Assembly: GCA_963720755.1 (NCBI GenBank)
Contig: CAVRGP010000011.1
Location: forward strand, 288,001-352,000
Reading direction: 5' to 3'
From: an uncultured Chloroflexia bacterium
GTDB taxonomy: Bacteria > Chloroflexota > Limnocylindria > Limnocylindrales > CSP1-4
Length of the DNA: 64,000 bases
Shown here: piece after piece, positions 30,312 through 40,213 of the stretch
Layout: every line of letters begins with the position of its first letter
Numbering within the stretch: the stretch's first letter is position 1
Notes under the pieces: model-generated
What the model was told of the DNA's origin: nothing
Seen by the model: the letters and a program-made list of their open reading frames with translations, nothing else
The model's database searches: none
Made by a program: the position numbers and the translations under genes

Positions 30312-31673
30312 TCAGGGGATCGGCGCCAGCGCGAACAGCGTGCTCCGCATCATCGGATCGGCCTTGGGCCGGCCGGCATTGAAGACGGAGCGGAAGACCG
30401 CACCGGAGACCTGCTTCGTTCCGGACGTGCCGATCAGGGTCACACTGATGAGCCGGCCCGAGACTCCGATATCGCCGAGGTCGAGCGCGGTCAGCGTCCC
30501 CACGGCGGTCCGCTTGTCGGCCGCGAACCAGGCCGACACCTGGCCGATCGTGTATCGGCGGGTATGCCACGTCGCGTACGGAGCGGCAGCGTCGTAGGCG
30601 CTCCCGTCGGGCGCGCGGTCCACGGATCCCCGGAGATAGCTCACCGGGCCTGCGACGATGGCCCCGGTCGACGATGTGAAGACGTTCTCGTTCGACTCCG
30701 TCGCGCCGCCGCCGGTCGAATGGAACAGCGCATTGGCGATTGCATCGCCACTCATCAGGACGATCCCGGCCGTGGTGCTGATCGTCGCGTTCGTCGACGC
30801 GCGCTCGCCCTTCTTGCCGAGGTAGACCTGGGAGGCTGACGTGTCCACGACGTCGTAGTAGGACACCCCCGGTCGCAGCCGACGGGCCGCATATGACCGT
30901 GCCGCGATCGATTGCGCCTCGAGGGCGGCCGTCGGCCAGGTCGACGGCATCTCAGCCGGGACGACGCCCCGCAGATAGGTGTCGATCCCCACCTCGTTGA
31001 CGACCTTCAGCTTCGGCGCTGTCGGGGCGGTGATGACCCGAAGCGAACCGCGGTACTTGTCGTAGGTCGTCGGCTTCGATGCCAGCTGGAGCCGTCCGCC
31101 GGCCAACGTCGGCCGGACGAGGAGGTCGGCCGGTTTCGCGATGTCAAGCAGCACACTGCCGTCCTTCGACGAGACCCGGACGCGCCAGGTCGTCGGCTTG
31201 CCGGTGGCGGTCGTCGGGATCACCCGGAGGGCGGCGCCGGCCGGAAACACCCCGTCGATGCCGTCGATCGTCCACGTGGAGCCGCGGCCGTAGATCAAGA
31301 GCGGCGCGGAGGCGGTCGCCTTCCACTTCCAGAGGACACGGATCCGGATCGGCGTGTTGGGATCGATCGACCCGAGCGTCGTCCCGTCGTAGTAATGCGC
31401 CAGGATCGTTGGCGCATCCTCGCCCGCGAGGGCTCGACCGCGAGCTCCGTACTGGGACATGCCGACGCCGTGTCCGTAGCCGCGGCCGTAGAACTTGATC
31501 GTGGGACCGAGGACGGTCGGCCCGTCGGTGGACGCCGCCGGCGTCGTCGCCGCCGAGGCCGCTCGGACCGGGACCGTCGTCGGACCGAAGCTGGCGATCG
31601 TCGCGACGAACAGGGCCGTGATGATCACGGGCAGGAAGGGTCGGGCGCGTTGGCGGGTTCGATCGACTGTCAC
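30312..31673 (-). CDS. SpoIID/LytB domain protein (secreted lytic transglycosylase-like)
   Basis: GRGYGHGVGMSQYGA, YLRGVVPAEMP, ALEAQSIAARSY, SQVY; GAGGAG RBS. Confidence 0.92.
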   Translation of the reverse strand: MTVDRTRQRARPFLPVIITALFVATIASFGPTTVPVRAASAATTPAASTDGPTVLGPTIKFYGRGYGHGVGMSQYGARGRALAGEDAPTILAHYYDGTTLGSIDPNTPIRIRVLWKWKATASAPLLIYGRGSTWTIDGIDGVFPAGAALRVIPTTATGKPTTWRVRVSSKDGSVLLDIAKPADLLVRPTLAGGRLQLASKPTTYDKYRGSLRVITAPTAPKLKVVNEVGIDTYLRGVVPAEMPSTWPTAALEAQSIAARSYAARRLRPGVSYYDVVDTSASQVYLGKKGERASTNATISTTAGIVLMSGDAIANALFHSTGGGATESNENVFTSSTGAIVAGPVSYLRGSVDRAPDGSAYDAAAPYATWHTRRYTIGQVSAWFAADKRTAVGTLTALDLGDIGVSGRLISVTLIGTSGTKQVSGAVFRSVFNAGRPKADPMMRSTLFALAPIP

Positions 31674-31787
31674 GGGCTCCTCGGTGTGGCGGTGGGACGA
31701 GGATGACGAACCCACCGGCGGCCGGCCATGACCCGACGGGACCAGGACTGTGGTACCCGTCGTTCGTCGTCAGGCTACCCTGTATCG

Positions 31788-32309
31788 ATGGTCGCGTGCT
31801 GCTACCTGGGACACGGCGCGAGCGGCAACGCTGCGAGCATGGCGCCATTCGTCGAGGGCCTGGCGATCCGCGGGATCCCGGCAAGCGCCATCGACTTGCC
31901 GAGGCGCCGGGCCGAGGATGCCGTGGGTGCGTTCCATCAGGCGGTCCCGTCGGCCGATGGGATCGCCGTCGGCGGTCACTCCTACGGTGGTCGCGTGGCC
32001 AGTCTCGCGGCGGCCGAGGCCGACGCCCGGTACGTCGGCCTGGTCCTGTTCAGCTACCCGCTCCATCCGCCCGGCGCCCCGGATCGAGCGGCAGCCAGGA
32101 CGGCACACTGGCCGTCTATCCGTTGCCCGGTCCTGCTCCTGTCGGGTACGTCCGATCCGTTCGCGAAGATCGACCTGCTGCGTGCCGCGGTGCGGGACCT
32201 GCCGGCCGCGGAGCTCGTGACGTACCCGCGCCTTGGCCACACCCTGAGGCCCGCCCTCGATGACGTCCTCGATCGGGTCGCGGCCTTCCTGCGGGCGTTG
32301 CCCGGGTGA
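31788..32309 (+). CDS. Alpha/beta hydrolase (KANL3/Tex30-like)
   Basis: GHGA, GGHSYGGR, SYPLHPPG, GTSDPF, GH. Confidence 0.88.
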   Translation: MVACCYLGHGASGNAASMAPFVEGLAIRGIPASAIDLPRRRAEDAVGAFHQAVPSADGIAVGGHSYGGRVASLAAAEADARYVGLVLFSYPLHPPGAPDRAAARTAHWPSIRCPVLLLSGTSDPFAKIDLLRAAVRDLPAAELVTYPRLGHTLRPALDDVLDRVAAFLRALPG

Positions 32310-32480
32310 TCGGACGATCCGGCGCGGCCGAGGCGCCTTGCCCCGCGCACCGGTCTTCGCTATCCTGACCGACCCAAGCGTCCGGCCGACCAGAAAGCTC
32401 ACCCAGGCACCGGGCGCCACAACTCATCCAGCCGCGGTCCGTCGCGCTCACCGCGCGGCCCCTGGCAGGAAGGAGTCACA

Positions 32481-33323
32481 TTGCGAGTGCAGTCCGGTCG
32501 CCCGAGGGCGGCCCTCGTCGCATCTCTCGCGGCGATCATCCTCGTCGGCGCCCTGGGCGTCGGATCGACCCTCGCGGCCGACCCGCCCGGTCAGGCACGG
32601 TTCCTGTGGGCTCTCGGCAAGGTCGAGTCCGGCGGCGACTACTTCGCCCTGAATCCGACCACCGGCGCGTACGGCAAGTACCAGATCATCCCGTCGAGCT
32701 GGAGGGCGTGGGCGAACCGGTACCTGGGTGATCCGGCGGCGAAGCCGACGCCCGGCAATCAGGAAGTGGTCGCGTCGTCCAAGGTGCGGGCGCTCTATCG
32801 CGGGCTGGATCGGTGGCGCCGGGTCGCCTACTGGTGGCTGACCGGCTCGAGCCAGACGGCGGGTTGGTCCGGAGCTGCCACGAGCTACGTGTCGCGGATC
32901 ATGGATCTGTATCGCTCCAGGGCCGGTGGAGGTCCGGGCACGCCGCTTTCGAAGCGCCATTCCTATTCCGAGAAGAGCCCGCGGATCGCCTATGCCGGAC
33001 GGTGGAAGTCAGCCACCTACGGCGGGTACGCCGGCGGCGCGGTCGCCTATTCGACGGCAGCGGGAGCGACCGCCACCTTCACCTTCACCGGCACGCGGAT
33101 CACCTGGTACGGGCCGGTCGGTCCGACCCGCGGTCGAGCGCGGGTCTTCGTGGATGGGACGCCGGTCAAGGTCGTCGATCTCCACGCGAGTTCGTTCACC
33201 GCCAGCAAGGCACTGTTCACGAGGCGCTGGTCGACCGCTGGTCAGCACACCCTCACGATCGAAGTCGTCGGGACGCCTGGTCGGCCATACGTCGCGATCG
33301 ATCGGTTGGTCGTGCTCGAGTAA
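32481..33323 (+). CDS. Secreted lysozyme-like/transglycosylase protein with a C-terminal beta-sandwich domain
   Basis: Signal peptide; VESGGDY...GAYGKYQI; TFTFTGT..ARVFVDG..HTLTI. Confidence 0.75.
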   Translation: MRVQSGRPRAALVASLAAIILVGALGVGSTLAADPPGQARFLWALGKVESGGDYFALNPTTGAYGKYQIIPSSWRAWANRYLGDPAAKPTPGNQEVVASSKVRALYRGLDRWRRVAYWWLTGSSQTAGWSGAATSYVSRIMDLYRSRAGGGPGTPLSKRHSYSEKSPRIAYAGRWKSATYGGYAGGAVAYSTAAGATATFTFTGTRITWYGPVGPTRGRARVFVDGTPVKVVDLHASSFTASKALFTRRWSTAGQHTLTIEVVGTPGRPYVAIDRLVVLE

Positions 33324-33361
33324 CGTGATGCGCAACCGTCCACGCGGATGCCTGACGACGC

Positions 33362-34558
33362 TCAGCGGTCGCGCGACCGCCAGGCATCGCGCACCTTGAT
33401 CCGACCGCCGACCTGGAGCACGGCTCCCGAGTAGATCCGGGCGCCGACCGAGAACAGCCCCCAGATGCCGAGCACGGTGATGACCATCGACAGGCCGATC
33501 TGCCACGGCGGGATCGCTCCGAAGGCGGCGCGCAGCGGCACGACGAATGGCGCCGACGGCGGGATGAACGTGGCGATCGTCGCCACGACGCCGGTCGGGT
33601 CGTCGAGGACGGAGAAGATGGCCACGAAGTAGCTCGCCATCGCGATCATCGATACCGGCGTCGAGGCATTCGACGCTTCTTCCGGTCTCGAAGCCAGGGC
33701 GCCGAGCGAGCCGAGCGCCGTGGCGTAGAGCGAGTAGCCGAGGATGAACCAGACCACCAACAGGGCGATCGCTCCAGGGGTCGTTCGCGGAAGCTCGACC
33801 TCGCTGGTCACCGACGTCGCGACGAGGGCGGCGACCATGAACACCGCGAGTTGGGCGATCCCGAGCACGCCGATCCCGAGGACCTTGCCCATGAGCAGAT
33901 CGCGCGCCCGGACGGTCGACAGGACGACTTCGACGACACGACTCTGCTTTTCCTCGACGACCCCTGTCAGGACGGTGAACCCGAAGCTGAAGATGCCGAC
34001 GAGGATGGCGATGGCGCCGATGTTGGCGACGATGAACTGGGCCTGATCCACTTCGGAACGGGCGTCGATCGTCGATATGACCGGAGGTTGCTGGGCAGCG
34101 GCCAGGCCGGCCTGATCGACGTCGCTGGGCGCCAGCACGCCCTGGATCCGCAATCCGATCGTCGCGGCCGACAGCATCTGCACGATGGCCGGATCGGCGT
34201 CCTTCTTGAAATGCACCTCGCCCGGTCCGCTCAGGTCGGCCGGCATGTCGACGACCACGTCGACGCTCCCGTCGACGAGGGCCGCGTCGGCCTGGGTAGC
34301 GGACTCGAACGTCGAGATCTCGACCGTCTGGTCGGATCGTTTCGCCACGGACTCGATGGCGACGTCGAGCCCGGGTGGAGCCGGCTGGACCACGCCGATC
34401 GTGGTGGTCGCATCGTCACCGCGCAGGATCGCCGGGATCACGAGCGATGCGACCACGATCGCGGTCGTGAACAGGACGCTGAGGATGTAGCCACGACTCC
34501 GTCCCCGTTCGAGGATCTCGCGGCGGGCGACCAGCCAGACGCTGCGCCAGCGCGGCAT
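33362..34558 (-). CDS. ABC-2 permease (NatB/YhaP-like)
   Basis: LVARRE; VEEKQSRVVEVVLS; GKVLG; RIYSGAVL. Confidence 0.9.
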   Translation of the reverse strand: MPRWRSVWLVARREILERGRSRGYILSVLFTTAIVVASLVIPAILRGDDATTTIGVVQPAPPGLDVAIESVAKRSDQTVEISTFESATQADAALVDGSVDVVVDMPADLSGPGEVHFKKDADPAIVQMLSAATIGLRIQGVLAPSDVDQAGLAAAQQPPVISTIDARSEVDQAQFIVANIGAIAILVGIFSFGFTVLTGVVEEKQSRVVEVVLSTVRARDLLMGKVLGIGVLGIAQLAVFMVAALVATSVTSEVELPRTTPGAIALLVVWFILGYSLYATALGSLGALASRPEEASNASTPVSMIAMASYFVAIFSVLDDPTGVVATIATFIPPSAPFVVPLRAAFGAIPPWQIGLSMVITVLGIWGLFSVGARIYSGAVLQVGGRIKVRDAWRSRDR

Positions 34559-35469
34559 CAGGCGACCTCGCCGGGCTCGCCCGGAGCGACGGCCTCCATG
34601 AACAACTCCGAGAGCCGCGGCGGTTGGTAGGCGAAGGTCCTGACTTCGCCGGCGGCCCTCGCCAGGGCAAGCAGATCGTCGAGGTCTTCCGACCGGTCGA
34701 CCAGGAGCTTGATCCTGTCGCCATCGCGCTCGACGACCATCACGTCCGGTCGATCGCGGAGCCAGGAGCCGCCCGATCCAGCAACGTCGATCTCGAGATG
34801 GCGGCGACCGGCCGCCGCCCGAAGCGCCTCGATCGCGCCGGACGCGACGATCCGTCCGCGCGCGATGATGACGACGTCCTCGCACACATCCTCGACGAGG
34901 TCGAGTTGGTGACTGGAGAAGATGACGCCGACGCCGGCTGCCGCACGCTCCCGGACGACCCGGGTCATCGTCGCGATGCCGATCGGGTCCAGGCCGGAGA
35001 ACGGTTCGTCGAGGACGAGCAGGGTCGGGTCGTGGACCAACGCCGTGGCGAGCTGGATCCGTTGCTGGTTGCCGTGCGACAGCTCCTCCAGCTTCGACTT
35101 CGCGCGGTCAGCCAGACCCATCTCGTCGAGCCAGCGGATGGTCGCGGCATCGGCCGCCTTGCCCGACATGCCGTGCTGCTGGGCGAAGTAGCTCAGCTGG
35201 TCCGCGACACGCATCCGAGGGTAGAGCCCGCGCTGTTCCGGCATGTATCCGAACCGCAGCCGGATATCGCGATCGACCGCCTTGCCGTTCCACCGGATGT
35301 CGCCGCGATCCGGTCGAGCGAGTCCGAAGATGCAGCGCATCGCGGTCGTCTTGCCCGCGCCGTTCGGACCCAGGAAGCCGACGACCCGACCCGGGACGGC
35401 CTGGAACGTGGCGCCGTCGAGGGCGACGACGCTCCCGTAGCGCTTGGCCAGGTCGACGATCTCGAGCAT
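34558..35469 (-). CDS. ABC ATP-binding protein (YhaQ/NatA-like)
   Basis: GPNGAGKTT, LSHGNQQR, LDEPFSGLD. Confidence 0.93.
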   Translation of the reverse strand: MLEIVDLAKRYGSVVALDGATFQAVPGRVVGFLGPNGAGKTTAMRCIFGLARPDRGDIRWNGKAVDRDIRLRFGYMPEQRGLYPRMRVADQLSYFAQQHGMSGKAADAATIRWLDEMGLADRAKSKLEELSHGNQQRIQLATALVHDPTLLVLDEPFSGLDPIGIATMTRVVRERAAAGVGVIFSSHQLDLVEDVCEDVVIIARGRIVASGAIEALRAAAGRRHLEIDVAGSGGSWLRDRPDVMVVERDGDRIKLLVDRSEDLDDLLALARAAGEVRTFAYQPPRLSELFMEAVAPGEPGEVA

Positions 35470-35484
35470 CGGAACCCCCCCCGC

Positions 35485-36699
35485 CTAGGCCACGTCGAGG
35501 ATCCGGTAGGCTCGCTCGCCGGCCGGGGTCTTGACGACCACGAAGTCGCCGATCTCCCGACCCACGAGGGCTCGACCAACCGGCGACGCCGACGAGATAC
35601 GGCCGCGCGCCGGCTCCGATTCGTCCGCCCCGACGATGGTATAGGTGACCGTCTCACCGTCGTCGTCCACGGTCACGACCGACCCGAGCCCGATCCTCGA
35701 GCCAGCAACCGGTGCGGCCACGATCACCGCTGAGCGCAGGCGTGCCTCGATCGCCTGGACTCGTCCCTCGAGGAACGATTGCTCCTCGCGCGCGGCGTGA
35801 TAGTCGGAGTTCTCCTTGAGGTCGCCGTGCTCCTTGGCTGTCCGGATCCGGGCGATCACCTGGGGGCGCTTGACCCGGGTCAGCTCGTCGAGTTCGGCGC
35901 GCAGCCGTTCCGCTCCCTCGGCGGTCAGCGCTTCCGCGACCAGCACCGGTGGCTGATCGTCGGCGGCCGGTGCCGCTTCGGTCGATACGGGCCGAGTCGG
36001 TCGCCTGGTCGGCCGGCGCTTTGGCTCGGGTGGATCGCCTCGAGCTCCCTCGGCGTCGCCGTCGGCGACGTTGACGATCCTGGTCGGTGGCGGAGGTGCC
36101 TCGACCGGCTCGACCAGCAGTGAACCGCTGATCCCGGTGATCTTGCGCTCGCCGGTCGGACGCCGGAGGTTCGCCCAGGGGAGGACGAGGTCGCGGTCCG
36201 GGAGTGCGGCCAGGTCCGCTTCCGGGACGCGTTCGGCGAAGGCCGAGAGCAGGGCATCCTCGTATTCCTCGGTGGCATCCGTCGCGGCCCACCAGATGCG
36301 CAGGTCGTCGAGCGAGCGCAGCGTCTTCAGCCAATGGCCGCCGGCATACGGCTTTCGATCCCCAAGCTCCGTCCGTGCCATGGCGCCGACTCGTCGGCCG
36401 ACCGAGACCTCGGACACGCCGATGTACAGGATCGGCCGAGACGGCAGCCAGAACGACGCGAGCCGAGCCGCGAGCGCCTTCGACGTCGGTCGCTGGTCAT
36501 CGAGCCGAAGGGTCTCGACGCGTTCGATCCACTTGCCGACCCGGGTCATCTCGATAGGGGCGCTCGCGACTGGCCCCGGCATCTCGATGATGAAGACGCC
36601 CGGACCCGGGGCGGGAACCTGGTGCCCCCACCGGCTGGGTCCATCGGCCATGAGGCCGATCGCGCGGAAGAGCGAGGCTGCGCCGATGTCGTTGGTCAT
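35485..36699 (-). CDS. greA: Transcription elongation factor GreA fused to an N-terminal GIY-YIG-like domain
   Basis: C-terminal LTAEG..LRAEL..KRP..I..AKEHGDLKENSDYHAAREEQ...ISSASPVGRALVG; N-terminal PGVF...LYIG..RR..GG..E...LPWAN. Confidence 0.85.
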   Translation of the reverse strand: MTNDIGAASLFRAIGLMADGPSRWGHQVPAPGPGVFIIEMPGPVASAPIEMTRVGKWIERVETLRLDDQRPTSKALAARLASFWLPSRPILYIGVSEVSVGRRVGAMARTELGDRKPYAGGHWLKTLRSLDDLRIWWAATDATEEYEDALLSAFAERVPEADLAALPDRDLVLPWANLRRPTGERKITGISGSLLVEPVEAPPPPTRIVNVADGDAEGARGDPPEPKRRPTRRPTRPVSTEAAPAADDQPPVLVAEALTAEGAERLRAELDELTRVKRPQVIARIRTAKEHGDLKENSDYHAAREEQSFLEGRVQAIEARLRSAVIVAAPVAGSRIGLGSVVTVDDDGETVTYTIVGADESEPARGRISSASPVGRALVGREIGDFVVVKTPAGERAYRILDVA

Positions 36700-36764
36700 C
36701 GGTCGATGGTACAGGTGACCGGCTCGCGCTATGGTGCGATCCACATGGACCGTCATCGCCCGTC

Positions 36765-38132
36765 ATGATCCGAGTCACCCGACGCGCCCTCCTGGTCATC
36801 GCGGTGGTCATGGTGGCCATCGGGATCTGGCTGGTGTCTCCTCGGTTCGGATCGTCCGGGGGTCCCCTCGCCACTCCGGAGACCGGCCAGGCCGCCTCGG
36901 CCGCAGTGACCGCGTCACCGGCCGACACGGGGACCTCCGGCCCGGGCTCAGGACAGCCCGTGGTCCCAAGCTCGACCGTCCCGCCTGCATCGCCGACGGC
37001 CAGTCCCGTCGCTCCAGCCGCGGCCCCACCGCCGAGCGCCACCCCGGCGTTGACCGCCGCGCTGGACGCGCGTCTCGAACGGCTGCGGGCGAAATACGGG
37101 ATGCCCGGCATCAGTGCCTCGATCCTGTTCGCCGACGGGACCAGCTGGCAAGGGACCGCGGGACTGGCGGACGTTGCCGCCGGCCGACCGGTGACACATG
37201 ACACGGCCTTCTCGGTGGCGAGCGTGTCCAAGACGTTCACGTCGGCGCTGATCCTGGCCCTCATCGAGGATGGCCGGCTCAGCCTGGATTCGACCGCGCG
37301 GACGTACCTCCCGGATCTCAAGATCAACCGGGCGATCACGGTCCGGGAACTGCTCGACCACACAAGCGGGCTGCGCGACTACTTCTACAACCCGACGATC
37401 GACCACGCGTTGCTCACCAAGCCGGCCGCAGTGTGGAGCGCCGCCCGGTCACTTCGCTACCTGGGGAAGCCGTATTCCAAGCCGGGCGTGTCGTGGCACT
37501 ACTCGAACACGAACTACTTGATCCTCGGCATGCTCGCGAAGGTCGTCGGTGGGGCGCCGGTCGCGGATCAACTCCGCGCCCGGTTCTTCGACCCGCTCGG
37601 GCTCGACCACACGTTCTACCAGTCGGTCGAGGCACCTCGGGGGCCGGTCGCACGGGGATATCGGTTCCTCGGCACGGACCCGTCCCTGCCGGCCATCGAT
37701 CTGTCGGATGGGACAGACGTCGTGCCGTTCACCTCGGTCGTCACGGCCGCCGGGGCAGCGGGTTCGATCGCGACCGATGCCGTCGACCTCGCTCGCTGGG
37801 CGAAGGCCCTGTACGCCGGCCAAGCCTTGTCACCAGTGTCGCGTGCGGCGATGGTCGCGGATCTCCAGCGCACCGCGCAGTACGCCCCCGGGGTCCGCTA
37901 CGGTCTTGGCGTCCAGTCCGTCGAAGTGGCCGGCCATCCCACCCTCGGCCATTCCGGCCGGTTCCTCGGCGCGCGTGCCGCGATGCGGTGGCTGCCGGAC
38001 GAACAGATCGCCATCTCGGTCCTGACCAACCAGAGCCGCAGTGACCCGAACGCGGTGGTCAGGGCGCTTCTCAAGGTCATCCTTCCGACGCCGACACCGA
38101 CCGCGTGTCCGACGTGCCCGGCTGCCCCCTGA
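36765..38132 (+). CDS. Membrane-anchored serine hydrolase (beta-lactamase / D,D-peptidase family)
   Basis: SVSK (SxxK), LLDHTSG, YSNTNY, GHSG; N-terminal TM helix and Pro/Ala linker. Confidence 0.9.
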   Translation: MIRVTRRALLVIAVVMVAIGIWLVSPRFGSSGGPLATPETGQAASAAVTASPADTGTSGPGSGQPVVPSSTVPPASPTASPVAPAAAPPPSATPALTAALDARLERLRAKYGMPGISASILFADGTSWQGTAGLADVAAGRPVTHDTAFSVASVSKTFTSALILALIEDGRLSLDSTARTYLPDLKINRAITVRELLDHTSGLRDYFYNPTIDHALLTKPAAVWSAARSLRYLGKPYSKPGVSWHYSNTNYLILGMLAKVVGGAPVADQLRARFFDPLGLDHTFYQSVEAPRGPVARGYRFLGTDPSLPAIDLSDGTDVVPFTSVVTAAGAAGSIATDAVDLARWAKALYAGQALSPVSRAAMVADLQRTAQYAPGVRYGLGVQSVEVAGHPTLGHSGRFLGARAAMRWLPDEQIAISVLTNQSRSDPNAVVRALLKVILPTPTPTACPTCPAAP

Positions 38133-38282
38133 CGAAGGCTGGTCGACCGAGTGCCGGTGGTGCTCGTTGGCAACGAACCCTCGCGGGGTACGTACCACCG
38201 CCGACGCACTTCGGTACCGACGGGCTCTTTCCGGCGATCGATGCCGCGACCAGACTGGCGAGAACCCACGACGGGGGTGAAG

Positions 38283-38819
38283 ATGACGGTCCAGGTCGAC
38301 GCGTACACGAGTGCAGGGTTGGCGAGGGGAATGCTCGGCTGGCCCGGGTCGCTCCGCGACGTGCTCGAGACCGGGACGCTCCTGCTCGAGGGTGCAGCCT
38401 GGCAGGGACTCGGGGCGTCGATGCCGGAGTCCATCCGATCGCTGTCCATCCCGAGCGACGATGTGCTGGTCGCGGTCGGGGACGAGGACCCGGGCGTCTC
38501 GGTCCACGCCGCCTGGCATCACATCCGTCTCGAGGCCGGACCGTATACGGTGGAAGGCGAGCTTCCGACCCAGCCCGGGTTCGACCCGGGTCGCGCGCTG
38601 ACCCGGCCGTCGGGTGAATTCCTCGAGTTACGCGACGTTCGGTTGACGTTGAGCGGTCGCCCCGACGGCGGCCTCGCGACCGGTCGTCACGCCCTGGTCA
38701 ATCGCTATGCGGTGGAACGGATCCAGGCCGATCTGATGCTCGGCTTCTTCTTTCCCGGGGCGACCGTCGATCCCGACCCGATCGGCGACGCCGTCTCCGC
38801 GCGGCCCGCGCAGCCCTGA
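38283..38819 (+). CDS. Hypothetical protein, DUF6812-like (paralog of 6111..6755)
   Basis: LEAGPYTVEG...FLELRDV...LVNR. Confidence 0.65.
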   Translation: MTVQVDAYTSAGLARGMLGWPGSLRDVLETGTLLLEGAAWQGLGASMPESIRSLSIPSDDVLVAVGDEDPGVSVHAAWHHIRLEAGPYTVEGELPTQPGFDPGRALTRPSGEFLELRDVRLTLSGRPDGGLATGRHALVNRYAVERIQADLMLGFFFPGATVDPDPIGDAVSARPAQP

Positions 38820-38822
38820 GCG

Positions 38823-40085
38823 TCAGCCGCCCGAACTCGGCGCTCCCGCTCGTCGGCGAACGGGCTTCCGGTGGGCGTGGTGTTCCGGGGCGGTCCGCGC
38901 GTGACCTGCCCGTGCGCCGAGCGGGCGGGGCTCGGCGCTCCGATCCGGGATGAACCCCTCCTCGACCGTCCAGGGGATGGCATGCTTGAGCATCCGCTGG
39001 ACACCGCGAAGGAGATCGGTCTCGTCGATGCAGACGAGCGAGATGGCCTCGCCGGTCGCCCCGGCCCGGCCCGTCCGTCCGATGCGATGGATGTAGTCCT
39101 GCGGGTTCCACGGCAATTCGAAGTTGACGACCACCGGCAGATCCTCGATGTCCAGTCCGCGTGCCGCCACATCGGTCGCGACGAGCACCCGGATCTCGCC
39201 TGACTTGAAGGCGGCCAGGGCTTTCGTCCGCTCGGGCTGGGATCGGTCGGAGTGGATCGCCACCGCGTCGAGACCCTCGCGATCGAGGCGCGTCGCCAGG
39301 CGGCTGGCCGCCAGCTTCGTCCGGGTGAAGACGAGGACCTGACGCAGGTCATCCTTCCGGATCAGGTGCGCCAGGAGGGCCTCCTTGCGGTCGCGATCGA
39401 CCGGGTAGACCAGTTGACGAACGGCTTCGGCCGCCGTATTGCGAGGGGCGACCTCGACGGTTGCCGGGTCGCGCAGGATGCCGCCCGACAGGCGCCGGAT
39501 GTCGTCCGAAAATGTGGCCGAGAACATGAGGTTCTGGCGTCTCTCCGGGAGCAGCGCGATGATCCGCTGGATATCCGGCAGGAAGCCCATGTCGAGCATG
39601 CGATCCGCCTCGTCGAGGACGAGGATCTCGACCTGACCGAGGTTGGCGACCCGCTGGCCGACGAGGTCGAGCAGCCGGCCTGGTGTCGCGACGAGGATCT
39701 CGACTCCGCCCCGCAGTGCCTTGATCTGCGGGTCCATCGGGATCCCGCCGTACACGACGGTCGAGCGAAGCGGTACCGTCCGGCCATAGGTCTGCACACT
39801 GGCATCGACCTGCATGGCAAGTTCCCGGGTGGGAACCAGAATGAGGACCCGGACCGGATGTCGAGCCGGGGAGAAACTGGTGTTGGCGTGCGCCCGGAGG
39901 CGGTCGAGGATCGGCAGCACGAAGGCGGCGGTCTTGCCGGTGCCCGTCTGCGCTGCGGCCAGGACGTCGCGGCCCTCGAGGACGAGCGGGATCGCTGCGG
40001 CCTGGACGGGGGTCGGGGTTTCGTACCTCTCCTCGGCGACCATGCGCACGAGGTCGGCCGAAAGGCCGAGCGAGTCGAAGGTCAA
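38823..40085 (-). CDS. DEAD-box RNA helicase (RhlE-like)
   Basis: AQTGTGKT, PTREL, TPGR, DEAD, SAT, ARGLD, HRIGRTGR; TTG start after AGGAG. Confidence 0.96.
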   Translation of the reverse strand: MTFDSLGLSADLVRMVAEERYETPTPVQAAAIPLVLEGRDVLAAAQTGTGKTAAFVLPILDRLRAHANTSFSPARHPVRVLILVPTRELAMQVDASVQTYGRTVPLRSTVVYGGIPMDPQIKALRGGVEILVATPGRLLDLVGQRVANLGQVEILVLDEADRMLDMGFLPDIQRIIALLPERRQNLMFSATFSDDIRRLSGGILRDPATVEVAPRNTAAEAVRQLVYPVDRDRKEALLAHLIRKDDLRQVLVFTRTKLAASRLATRLDREGLDAVAIHSDRSQPERTKALAAFKSGEIRVLVATDVAARGLDIEDLPVVVNFELPWNPQDYIHRIGRTGRAGATGEAISLVCIDETDLLRGVQRMLKHAIPWTVEEGFIPDRSAEPRPLGARAGHARTAPEHHAHRKPVRRRAGAPSSGG

Positions 40086-40213
40086 AGAATGCTCCTGTGT
40101 GGTCCGGCCGTCGGCGCCGGTCAGGAGCGCGACGGTCGTCCGATCAACGTGCACCGATGGGTGCGGGCGGCGCCGGACCGCCGGAGCATAGCGGAAATGA
40201 GTAGGATCGGGCC

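Noticed and set aside
32340-32480. Riboswitch ahead of the lysozyme-like gene
   Set aside because: The short GC stems are expected by chance, and no aptamer consensus was recognised.
38146-38215. tRNA or SRP RNA
   Set aside because: No TTC T-loop, anticodon arm or SRP GGAA domain IV motif.
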